Source of the DNA: Eremomyces bilateralis CBS 781.70
Lineage: Eukaryota
Assembly: GCA_010015585.1 (NCBI GenBank)
Contig: ML975150.1
Reading direction: 5' to 3' (one strand)
DNA length: 62,570 nt
The translations under genes were made by a program, and so were the position numbers. This document shows positions 27,229-38,166 of this stretch, one piece after another (positions within the stretch are counted from its first letter, which is position 1; every line of letters begins with the position of its first letter). The notes beneath the pieces are model-generated. The model ran no database searches, was not told where the DNA came from, and was given only the letters and a program-made list of their open reading frames with translations.

Positions 27229-27889
27229 TTATGAGGGGAGATATGACGCGGCTTCCTCGTCCGTGAGGATGATGTCGGTGACGGGGTCTTGCTTGTGTTC
27301 GAGCTCGGTGGAGTCACGCTCGGCGTAGGAGGGAAGGAAGATGTCTACGGTGGGTGGACGTGTTAGAGTCGTGGTTGCTAGTGGGGTGGAGTGTGGTGGG
27401 CCTAGCACGTAGACAGAATGAAGCATCAAGCCAGGTGCAAGGTCGATTAGGGGATGAATTACCTTGGTTCCAGTCGAATCCTTGAGATGCCTTGACGCAG
27501 GTAATCTAGGAACTTGTTAGCCATCGTATGAAATGAACCGACAATTCCAAATCAACTCACTAATCTCGGTGCATCCGGATGTCCAACATTCACAACCGTA
27601 TGCTCAGCCTTCGAGAAAGCGGCGCCTAGATCGAACCCCCGTTAGCTCCAAGTCGCTATCTCCCGTCTACAAAAATTGACAATGCCATCATTAAGGAAAT
27701 CGAACAATAGTACGTACTCAAGAAACTCGGAGTCCGCTGATGTGATCCCCGGTACGGCGACCCCCCCGCGCTGCTCGACAGGGAGAAATCCGATGAGGAG
27801 CCACTGCTGGAGCTGGCTCCGGGTTGTGTAACGGGGATGGAAGGGGGACGGGTGGATTTACGTTGGGGGATCTGGATAGAGGAGGACAT
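27229..27889 (-). CDS. Small hypothetical protein (~131 aa); exons 27889-27718, 27625-27561, 27505-27463, 27344-27229
   Basis: Three canonical introns with branch sites join into one frame: Ser-rich N-terminus, then SAAFSKAEHTVVNV...ITCVKASQGFDWNQDIFLPSY...DPVTDIILTDEEAASYLPS*. Confidence 0.8.
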
Positions 27890-29323
27890 TGTGGGGGGTG
27901 GTGGTCGGAGCTAATAGTACTGGGGGGGAAGGTCCTGGAAGAAACTAGGGCGGATTCTGTCGGTACAGTTCTGGAGCTCGATGGAGTGTAAAATGTGAAT
28001 GAGGCTCTTTGTCAAGGCAGCAGTGAATGAACTACGGCTGGTGAAAGAGTGCAGGGTAGCGGTGACCCTCTCTCATGCACTGCAAGAAGATCCAAAGGAT
28101 GATCGACTGGTAATGTAGCTGGAATCTGTGAAAGAAGATGGCGATTTGAAGTGGGAAAGGAGGAAGTCAAGTGCAGGTCGGATGGTGTTTGGGACCGATG
28201 GCAGGTGATAACTAAGGGTTGAGGGATGAGAGCTTTGGATATTTGGGTTCCGGTTCCTTTCATGCAGCCTCACTGCCAACTGTAAGCTCCAATGAGGGCG
28301 ATGCCTGGGATGACTCCATCACTTGATTTACTACCGCCATTCACGGAACAAGAGTGCCGAAAGGGCTCTGTTGCTGGTGACTCAGTTGAGTCAGAACTGC
28401 ACTGCCTTGCCCGTGCCAACACGTCACAGTCAGAACAGCTAGAAAAGGGGGCAGGGTAATTAATCGTAGCTTGGTGGTGGGTATGAACGAGGATCTGAAT
28501 CCCCGTTTAAAATCAATTGGAGGATATTGCATCTGGGGAATCGGACCCTATTCAGATGGTCATATATAACAGCGAGAACAATCGGCCGCTTTTCCATTGT
28601 CTCCTCCGCATAATAGGAGATGACTAGGAAACTAAGAAAAACCCCACTTGAACTTCAAATCAAGTGTTTCCATGATATTACTACTAACTCGCTCACTAGC
28701 TAAATCGTACATTAATCCATTCATCCGTCTCTTCCGTCCTCTCATCCCCAATCCCTTCATCAACGCACAAAAACACCATTTCCAACCCGCGAACGGAGAA
28801 GCGGACGTACCCAAAAACAACGCCATCCCACACCCGACGCGCGGAATCGATGGCGGGCGATAATAATAATCAAGAGCAATTCCACCGCAGGAATCCAATC
28901 CACCGCATCGCGAAAGCCTGCCAGCAAGCTCGCAGGCAGCCCACGCTCCCCTTCCGAGCGACCCGACTTTGGTCGACCATCAACGAGAGGGGATAAAGCG
29001 GCCTTACTATTTCTGAAGGGGTAGGAAGCAGCACGGCGTAGAAACGAACCAGAAGTCGTCGAAAGTGTGAGCGTATTACAAAGTTCTTCGAGGACACAAG
29101 AAGCAAGATCGAGGGGTGGAAGAACGATGGTGAAGATCCAAGGGGGTGGGTGAGTGTCGACTCGGTCCATCTCCTCCCTTCCTCGAAGAACGTGCTAAAG
29201 GGGGTATATCGGAAAAGCGTCACGGCTCCTACCCATACTATCCGACCCCAAAAAACCGAAAAAGCGCAATGACCAGGAAAGACGTGCAGGGATGTCGCCT
29301 CCATAAGCGGGAACGGCGAGCGT

Positions 29324-31984
29324 TTATCGGCCCTTCTTCCGGGAGAAACGCTTATTGAGCAGCGCAAGCACCTTGGTGACGTTGAACTGGACGTATTCCA
29401 GATCCAAGTCCTCCTGGTTATCTTTCTGCATCTCGAGGAGGTCGTCGAGCTTCAGGTCGAGTTCGAGTAATCCGCGGTTGCGTCCTACAGGGTACCGTGG
29501 TTAGTAACTGTGGCGGAAGGAAGTAGAAATAAGATGGAATGCGCACCCTTGTAATGCAGCGAGATCACAAACGTCCCTGGAAGCGGGCTCGTGAAGTTGA
29601 AGAAGATGTTCGCCCGCCGGTTCTCCGGCACGTTACTCTTCTGAATCACCCCCTCCTTCTCCAGCTGCTGATGCGTGAACTTATACGGCCCCAGCACCTG
29701 CTGCTTCTGCTGCTTCCGCGTCTTCCCCTCACTCTGGCTGCGCACGTTATGCAGGTAGCTCTTGTACGTCTCCAGCTGCGACACGAGGTACGCGTTATGG
29801 TCGCGGATCGTCCGGAACACCTCTTCCAGCTTCCGCGACTCCTCGATGACCTTCTCCTTCATGCTACCGAGGTGCACGAGTTCCTGCTCCACTTCGTCGC
29901 GTAGGAGCGCGAACGCGTCGTCTTTATCGATCACACCCATGTCTTGCAGCTGGCTGAGGAGCTCCATGCTGCGGATGCCCTTCTTGACCATGACCGAGTC
30001 GTTCTTGGTGGTGGCGGCCGCTTCGGCGACGCGGTCGAGGCGGAGGGGTCGGCGGGTGACGGTGGTGCTGGGGGGGAGGCAGCGGAGGATCATGACGAAG
30101 GTGGATTTCGCTTCCATGAAGTACACTTCTTCTTGCGTGATGTCGAGGGCGGCGGTCACATCGTCTAGGGAGGTCTCCCATTTGCTGAAGAGGGGGAGCT
30201 TGATAACGCGGTTTTCTTTGCGGAGGAGTTGGGCCGGCGCGGCTCCGAGTTCGGCGAGGAGCTGGCTGAGATGGGATGATTCGTCTTTGGACTGCAGGCG
30301 GGTTAGCAATTTATACCTCCAGACCAAAGGATTGACGAACCAGCTCGGCGATATGTTTCTCAAGAAGGGTATGGGTGGCGTAGATTTCGTTGAGTGTAAT
30401 GGACAGCTCGAGGTCGCGTTTCGAAAGTGCAACATAGTTATCCAGTTCCAAGCTCTCATAAAAATCTCCGACCTCGCAGAGATCAAGCATGAACTTGTTG
30501 ATCCGCTCCTTGTTTTTATGGATAAATGGTTGCAGCTTCACCATATAGGGCTCCTTGGCATATGATGGCTTGTTCGCCAGGTTTTGGAGCATCTTGGCAA
30601 TCTGCAGGACATTAGCCTTGTCGTGCTTCAATGGTGAACGCAAGTCTTACATAGGTCAAGGTTCGTCGAGGGTTCTCCCCGGGGGTGTTGTCGATCAGCA
30701 TGTATGAGCGAGGAGTGACGATGGCGGGATTGATGAATCGTAGGAAAAAGAAACCACCAATGAGCGTGCAAATGGTATGGTCTTGTGCATCGGGATACTT
30801 TCGTTTCGACAAACTGCGAATCTGCTTGCAGATCCACCGGATGCCGTACGGGGTCTCCTCGAGTCCATCGATAATCGTTGTCAAGAATGAGGTGCCAATC
30901 TCCATCAATGTTGTCAGCCGGGGCGCGATGATCTGCTGAACCGTCTCATTCTCTGCAGCTTGTTCTTGCGTGACGCCTCTCGGTAGATGCGGTGGCAGGC
31001 TGCCTTGCTTGGCGTAGATCTCTTCCACCATTTTCTCGTATACTTTCAGAGGGTTGATCTCAAGATCTAGATCTTTCAGTTGAATCAGCGCATTGATTCG
31101 GTCGGCGAGAACGGTCTTGAGGTAACTTTGGCCAGGGCCTCGGCGGGTATATGTGGTCATCATTCGAGAAACGGGGGTGTTAGCGCGAAGGAGGGATGAG
31201 TAGTCGGAGGTATGGTCGAATTGGTAGGTTAAGACAGACTGCGTTGGTAAGTATTGCGCTCTTCTGATCACTGGGACAACACATACTTGGAACATGGTCA
31301 ACAGCAGATGCTCTTCGCGGCTCTCATACTGATTACCATAGATGGTGAACATGACGGTTTGAAGAAGGGAGTCGATTTCAGCCAAAGATACCAAGCGGCA
31401 GAGGTGGGCGATATGGCGCGGTTCGCATTGAAGGAGGAAGAGGAGATTGCCGTATTTCTGCGTCTTGTCGTCATTTGGGAAATGCCCTTCCTGAACCTCC
31501 ATCGCATCGTCCAGATGGCTGGCCATCTCATCTCGCTGTATCCCTTGTCAATGTGGGTGTATGTGAATGGAATGCATGAATGCATACCTCCTCCAGCGCC
31601 ATTCGATTCTGAATAAGAAGCGCAATTCGCGAATCCAGATATCGAACATCTTTCTCGAGCACGAAGTTCTTCTTCGATTGAGACGAAATCTTCGATTTGA
31701 GCTCGCGCAGAGCTTTCTGTGCTACATGACGAACAACGATTAGTGACCACATCCACCCAACGGGCATGGGGAATCAAACCTCGCGCCAAATCATCTTCAA
31801 TCTCCAAATCCTTCTCCTTCGCGCTCATCGACAAGTATAAGGCCGTAACGGAATATCGCTTCGACTGGCGCACGGAGCGCGCACCATCGTGGGACGACAT
31901 GGTGTTTTGCCGAGATACGGGATGGTAGGAGGATGAGGACGAGGTCGAAGCCCGCGATGGACCTTGAAGCGTGGCAACGGACAT
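29324..31984 (-). CDS. gapA: Ras GTPase-activating protein (GapA / S. pombe Gap1-Sar1 type, RasGAP + RasGAP_C), ~7 exons
   Basis: [34 protein letters not shown] (FLR motif), [10 protein letters not shown]-terminal [16 protein letters not shown]...[11 protein letters not shown]; multiple GT-AG introns. Confidence 0.92.
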
Positions 31985-34900
31985 AACTTATTTATGCGCC
32001 GTCGATGGGACAATTGACGTGTTGACAGACGACTCGTCGGATTGCGCTGCAGAATTGAAGCTGCCGATGGTGGCAGACTTCGACTCCCTGGAGGGGAGCT
32101 CTGGCAACGTGGATTGTTGGGTTGAGTTCGGTAATAGCGGTGTGCGCTTGTACTCGTATAGTATGTTCGTGCAGGTAGAAATGCTGTCGTTACCGTTGTA
32201 GGTTTGTAGTCGGCAGTCTTTGGAGGGGTCTGAGGTGAGTTCGTGATGTTGTCGTGGACGATTATAATCGTGTTATCCACTCAAGCTTGTCGATGTCCAC
32301 CGGGTTACAGCAAGACTGGGGCCACAGTGAGGGGAAGTTGCTGACAATAACAGGGCCGTGCAAGTGTTTCACGAGTCAGATCCGGATGGCGCAAGAGGAA
32401 CAGATGCGCGAATGGGAAGGCGAAGTAAGCTTGCTCTCCTCGTGGACGGTTGCGGCAATCGGAATCGTCGTTGGTCGAGGTGCTCGTGAATGAGAGGGAG
32501 AGAGCCCCAGTCGAGGCAATATGAGAGGTATCCAATCGTCGAGTGGCGGGTAACAGTGCCTGTCCCTGTAGTTGCAGCGTCGCAAGGCAGTCAATCAATT
32601 TGAGTGCTAGACCGCTGGCGAAGGGGTGGATCTGAAACCCCAATTACACGTCGAAGGAGATGGCGATAAGATTGAGGATAGAGTAGGAGTGAGGATGGAG
32701 GGTAAGTTAGAGATGCGTATTGGACGGAGTTGGTGTAAGTAAAAAGGAGGGATGCTCGAGGTGGAGGAGTAAAAAGTGATGGCTGAAACGATATGGGGAC
32801 GGGGAAGGGCTGGCGGGAGCTCACGGCACCAGTAGGGGGGGACAGTAGGGTTTGGTGGAAGGTATTGACTATTGAGGGAAGATGAGGAGAAATGCTTAAT
32901 ATTATGCAGGAGAATTGGAAATTCGGAGTTCCTGAACGACATGGAGAGCGGCGCCAGGTGGGGATTACTCAGGAACACCCGCTCTTGGAATACATACACA
33001 TTACCTACGCCCTGGGCTACGGTAGTCGTGGGTAGGTAGCGTCACAGGGAGTAGCTAGTACCTAGGATAGTTCCCATTCATGTTGAATTTTTAGTATTAT
33101 TTACTCCATTATTGCAGCACGGGAGGGACGCTAATAGAAACCGACGCTCTTCTGTGACACGGCAGAACACCAATATCATGGGATGGACACAACCCCCTCC
33201 ATGACAACCTGATCCGTGATCACTGCCCTGATATCCTGCTTGCCCTACCACGTAACAACAGGAGACTACAGGTACTAATCCAAGGCATGATCACAGTGAC
33301 TCTATCTTTCTCGAGTATTCTCCCTCTCTGCCATTGTGCCCCATTGTTCTAATTTCCTCCCTATTCGCAAGCGACACACAATAATCGGAAATCCATACCC
33401 ACAATGATGCCGCCACACGCGGGACGTCTCCGATGGTCGGTGGGGCATCGTGGAGAGCAAGCGGGGAATTTCGTTGCATCCAAAGTGGGCTAATCTCGAG
33501 GAGATCGGGGCTTGCGCAAAACCCACCAACCCGCAAACTCGCGAAAAAGAAAGGAATACTCCGTATTCAACAATAGATCGGGGATGGTGGACTGTTTGCG
33601 ACATGCATCTGCCCTTTGGTAAATCGCCCCATTCAACCCACGAGGCCACGACATCATCCCTCGCGGGTGATAAGACAGTAGGTAATCCACAGGGGATGGG
33701 CAAAAAGCTGATGGCGATTCCTTCCATTGGCTTTGCTTGTTGATCTCCAGTCCAACACCCATCATGACCTGGCTGCGTTTCACAAAGGTGGATTACTGAT
33801 TAGTCGTTTTGTCGGTTGGAGAGAGTCGGGAAGATGGTTGATCCATCTGACCAGATCCCATAATATAATGCATCAATTAAGATGATGCTCGCCCTAGGTA
33901 TCACTCTGCACACTGCAGGCTGCAGTCTGCACATATTACTGCACCCTGAGTCCCCAAGCATCCGGTCGGCCGAACGATTCTGGTCGCTCTTACCTCTCGG
34001 GACTCGAGAGTCAAAGACGCCATCCTCAAGATGGTGGTGGACTGTTGGCTTCCAGCTAGGAATGGATGGACATCCCAGAGATACCTATTCTTGAATCTAT
34101 CGCATGATGAATGACGGTGACGGATATGGATACACATGCAAAGAGGGGGCACCGACCATCCTCTGATCCATCATCCCCTCTCCCTCTCCCTACCGAGCAA
34201 GCCAGCTGAACAGCGGCATACCGTCTGTATCGAGCAACGCGTGCCTGGAATCGCAGCTCAATTGGGAAAGGGGCGCCCTTCGGCAGCCCAGCAGCCGAGC
34301 GCCATGCTGCCACTTCGATATGCACCTGAAAATCTACCAAACCGGGCTGCTCTTTTGGGTTTTTCGGCTCGTGTCGAGTACGGTTTGGGGGGATCGGATT
34401 GGACGGGACGAGACGTGAGGGGCGCGAGGGATGCATCCAAGAGTTGCGTGCATTGAAAGGATCTGAGATCAATGCATCACGCAGATGACAGACCGCGATC
34501 TTTTGTTTTTGTTAAGCCTTCCTGTCTCCCAATCGGCTCAATAGAGTAACTTATATCGATCAATCCATATTCGATTAGAGATGGGCTAGTTACTCAAGAG
34601 ATAAAACGTGAAACCTCGAGGCGGAGGGATCACGGTATGGGAATTAAGGGGTCCGTCGTCTGACCATCAGGAGTGGAGTTAAGGCGAGAGGAACAAGAAA
34701 TGATCGACGCTTGTGTTGCATACATAGTACATAGTAGAGATCCGTCACGCCAAAATTTCCTTACCCTGGGCCCTGATGATTATTTGGTAGTTATTTAGAT
34801 CGACTACCACCGCCTTCTCCATGATCTTTGATATTTCATCAACCCAGAGAGTGCAGCGCTGCGTGTAACTGTGGCACGACGTTAATATTGCCCCTGCCCA

Positions 34901-35646
34901 ATGCCGACTAGCTAAGAAAGTTAATGCCTCCATCGACTGAGCATGTCTTTGTTCGGTAAACATATCCGTTTGAGAGAAGCGTCAGGACGATGGCATAGCC
35001 AAGTTGAGGGAACACTCGCTGCATCGAGTGCCTTAAAAGGCTCGCAGAATCCTACTGGTCAAGTAGGCCAGCTGTCAATATTAACCATGGCACAAATTGG
35101 AGAGAACGGATATCGGTATGGTCGGTGTTCGTTGAACTACCTCCCATCATACTCAGACGGCAGGCTGCGTCGATCAACCAGTGCTTCTTCCATTCTCCCA
35201 GGAGTCATTGAATTATTTACATTTGAAATTTTCGAGTCACTATTTTCATTAATAACATGGTAATCAGTCATTTCACCTTCTTCAAGAGTTTTGGCAGCCG
35301 CTGCCGAAATTTTTGCTAGCGACTCAGGTCATTCGTCCACAGATATGCACTGTTATTCTGCAACCTGGAACGGAAAGACGAGGACCGTGGCATATTTAAA
35401 CATTGCAACCTATTTCTCGTTCAACAGAGTAGCCAGTAATGAAAAAGCTTCCTGTATAAGCAAGCCCTAGATCCTCTATATCTGCTCGATATGATCGGTC
35501 TATATTCTATATTACCTGGACCCTTCCCCACACCGGATGCTCGATTGCTTTCCCATGAAGGCTATATCGAAAACTTTCCATAAGATGCATTTCCTTTCCA
35601 GTCTCTACGTCAAGATCTGCATTTTCTGTTTCCATCATTTGGCAAA

Positions 35647-36695
35647 ATGAAGGCGACCACGGGGGCCTTCGCCCTTACTTTCATCACATCGGTTGCAGCG
35701 CATGGATTTGTGAGGAGCGTGAATGTTGATGGAGCCATGTCAGTCACCCTTAAACTCATACGCACGGTTCTCCGACATACTAATAGAACCAGATATCCCG
35801 GTTTCAACCCGTAACTAGCCCCCACGGCTCCAATGTTTCTATTCTCACCACATACAGGCATATGGACGGTGAATTGGGCGCAAAGCGGATAGTATTCGGT
35901 TTCGACGCCAGCCGCGCCAACGTCGACGGAACCGCCGCAATCACCGACCCCAACGCGCCCGGCCTCGCGTGCAACAGCAAGCCCACCCCACCCGGCGACA
36001 AGGCCGAAGCGCGGGCCGGCAGCCAAATCGAGTTCCGCTGGACCGAATGGCTCCCGAGCCACCGCGGTCCGATCACCACCTACATGGCGCCTTACGAGGG
36101 CGACATCGCCGCCGTCGATGTGAATAAACTGCAGTTCTTCAAAATTGATGAAGAGGCGTTGTATGCGGACGAGCAGTTCGGGGAAATAGACGATGTTCCC
36201 TGGGCGGTGAAGCCGAACTGGGCGACCGACAAGATGATCCAGGCGAACGGCGTGTGGAACGTCACGATTCCGTGGGATATCAAGCCGGGGAACTACGTGG
36301 TCCGCCACGAGCTGCTCGCGCTGCATTTCGCGACCGAGCACAGTAATTATAAGAGTTTCGGCATCGTGGCACCGCAGTTCTATCCGTCTTGCTACCACGT
36401 CGGGATCACTGGGAATGGAACCGCCACGCCGACGGGCGTCACATTCCCCGGCACATACCAACCGACCGATCCGGGGCTGATCTTTGACATATACCAGAAC
36501 AAGACTGAGTATCCCATTCCCGGCCCGGCAGTGTATCTTCCCAAAGGCCCGGCGCCAGAGCTAGAGGCAAAGGAGCCGAGAATCATCAGTCCGACGGGGG
36601 ATCCGGCGAAGGATGCGGAGTACATGAAAGCGATGGAGGGCGAGCTCAGCTTCTATGCAAACATAACTAATCGCATCTACAAGGTCGGAGGATGA
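35647..36695 (+). CDS. AA9 (GH61) lytic polysaccharide monooxygenase; exons 35647-35738, 35793-35810, 35858-36695
   Basis: Signal peptide MKATTGAFALTFITSVAA then mature His1 (HGFV), W..SHRGP (second Cu His), FFKIDE, PGNYVVRHELLALH, QFYPSC (axial Tyr), FPGTY..TDPG, YPIPGP. Confidence 0.93.
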
Positions 36696-38166
36696 TGGCG
36701 CGGCATGTGAACATAAGACCATTACTCCTTCCGAAATTCTGTCTCGTCAAACTCTGTTACGGAATTACCTACCTAGCTTGAAATCAAACATGTGTGGACG
36801 CAAGCCCTCGCCAGTCAAGTTGGCACAGAGGTCGCACTTCTATTGGTCATCGACGATAATAAGGAATTATCAGACCCTGAAAGTGAAAACATGCTTCCCA
36901 AGCCCTCCATCATAGATCGATTATGCTCGGCCGCCTGCGCCAATACAGACAACAGTCCGGATGTTCCGCGTGCTTGTCCAATCGAATAACCGCGCGTTTA
37001 ACCGCGAATGGGGTGGTGTCCGTAGTGCACATCATCGAGATTCTAAGAAGTGTAACTAGGTAGTCGGACTATCGGAGTCCTCGGAGAGCATCGGCGATCG
37101 AGCTGCTTTATTGTCCAGGGGCTTCCATGATCCTGCATTTTAGCGGGGAGGTTGCTGAGCAAATGTATAATTATTACTCGATAGTTTGCAACATTGTGAA
37201 TCTAACAAAATGAAGTTATCCGAAGCATATAGCGATCGGCGACCGTCCATTCTCGAAGGAGTGTGCGTATAGGATAATGTGGAAGTCAGTGGTGATCAGT
37301 GCCTTGTTCGTTGGACCCTGACTGTGGGGGGGAACCTGCAAGCACTTCTTCGTCTTCATCACCATCCTGGCACCTCGCTAACAACAGCCCGTTAGACTGT
37401 CCAGCCACTGGAAACATCATCTCAACATCGCTACACATATACCATATAACATATTGCAGCTATTTCTTGCAGTTGAGCCATCAAAGAATCAGTCTCGTGT
37501 GATGCTGAAGTGGTTGACACCTGACAGACGGTGGTGGTGCTGGTGAGACGTTACAGACGCAGGAGAAACGCGCCAATAAACCTTTGTTCCGGTCTCCGGA
37601 GCCAAATTCTAGAACGGTCCAATTCTTCGCCGCGGGTGGGAACAAGGAGATGGCACCGTAGCAGCCCTGGCCGGATCATGCGGGCACTAATTACAGGAAT
37701 TAGTGCAACCTTGCGATCGGACGCATCACTGAAGATCGGAAATCTGTCGCCCTGTAGGCTGTAGCTGAGCGTGTGAACGAAACACCGCGGACCGCGATAT
37801 CTGCGATGTGGTGAGATATGCGAGCCCTCGCTGTCTCTCTGTTATTTGACGATCTGACTACAGCATTATTGGCAGTTTCACCAGTTTGGCACACTACCCT
37901 ACGGCTTGCGCATCCCGAAACTCCGTAACTCGGCGCCCGCTTGCCCGTGTGGTTCGATATATTGAGCCAGGACACCAAACACAAGACTCGGCTTATTCAA
38001 ACGTTCGCTCAACGGCGATTCGAATACACTCGGCAACAGAACTATCGGCCAGTGCGCTGAACACTGTTTCGGGCCGTTATGAGTTAAGGACTGAATGACC
38101 CAATGTGTCCAGCGTAGCGCTGGATCACCAAATCCAATCTCCACCGTCCGACGTAGCAAAGTGGAG

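Noticed and set aside
31825..32280. 151-aa minus-strand ORF overlapping the gapA start as a regulatory uORF
   Set aside because: Begins at a non-ATG codon and is low complexity; no independent support.
34745..35330. Possible decayed minus-strand gene
   Set aside because: Open stretches are short, with no identifiable domain; not listed as a feature.
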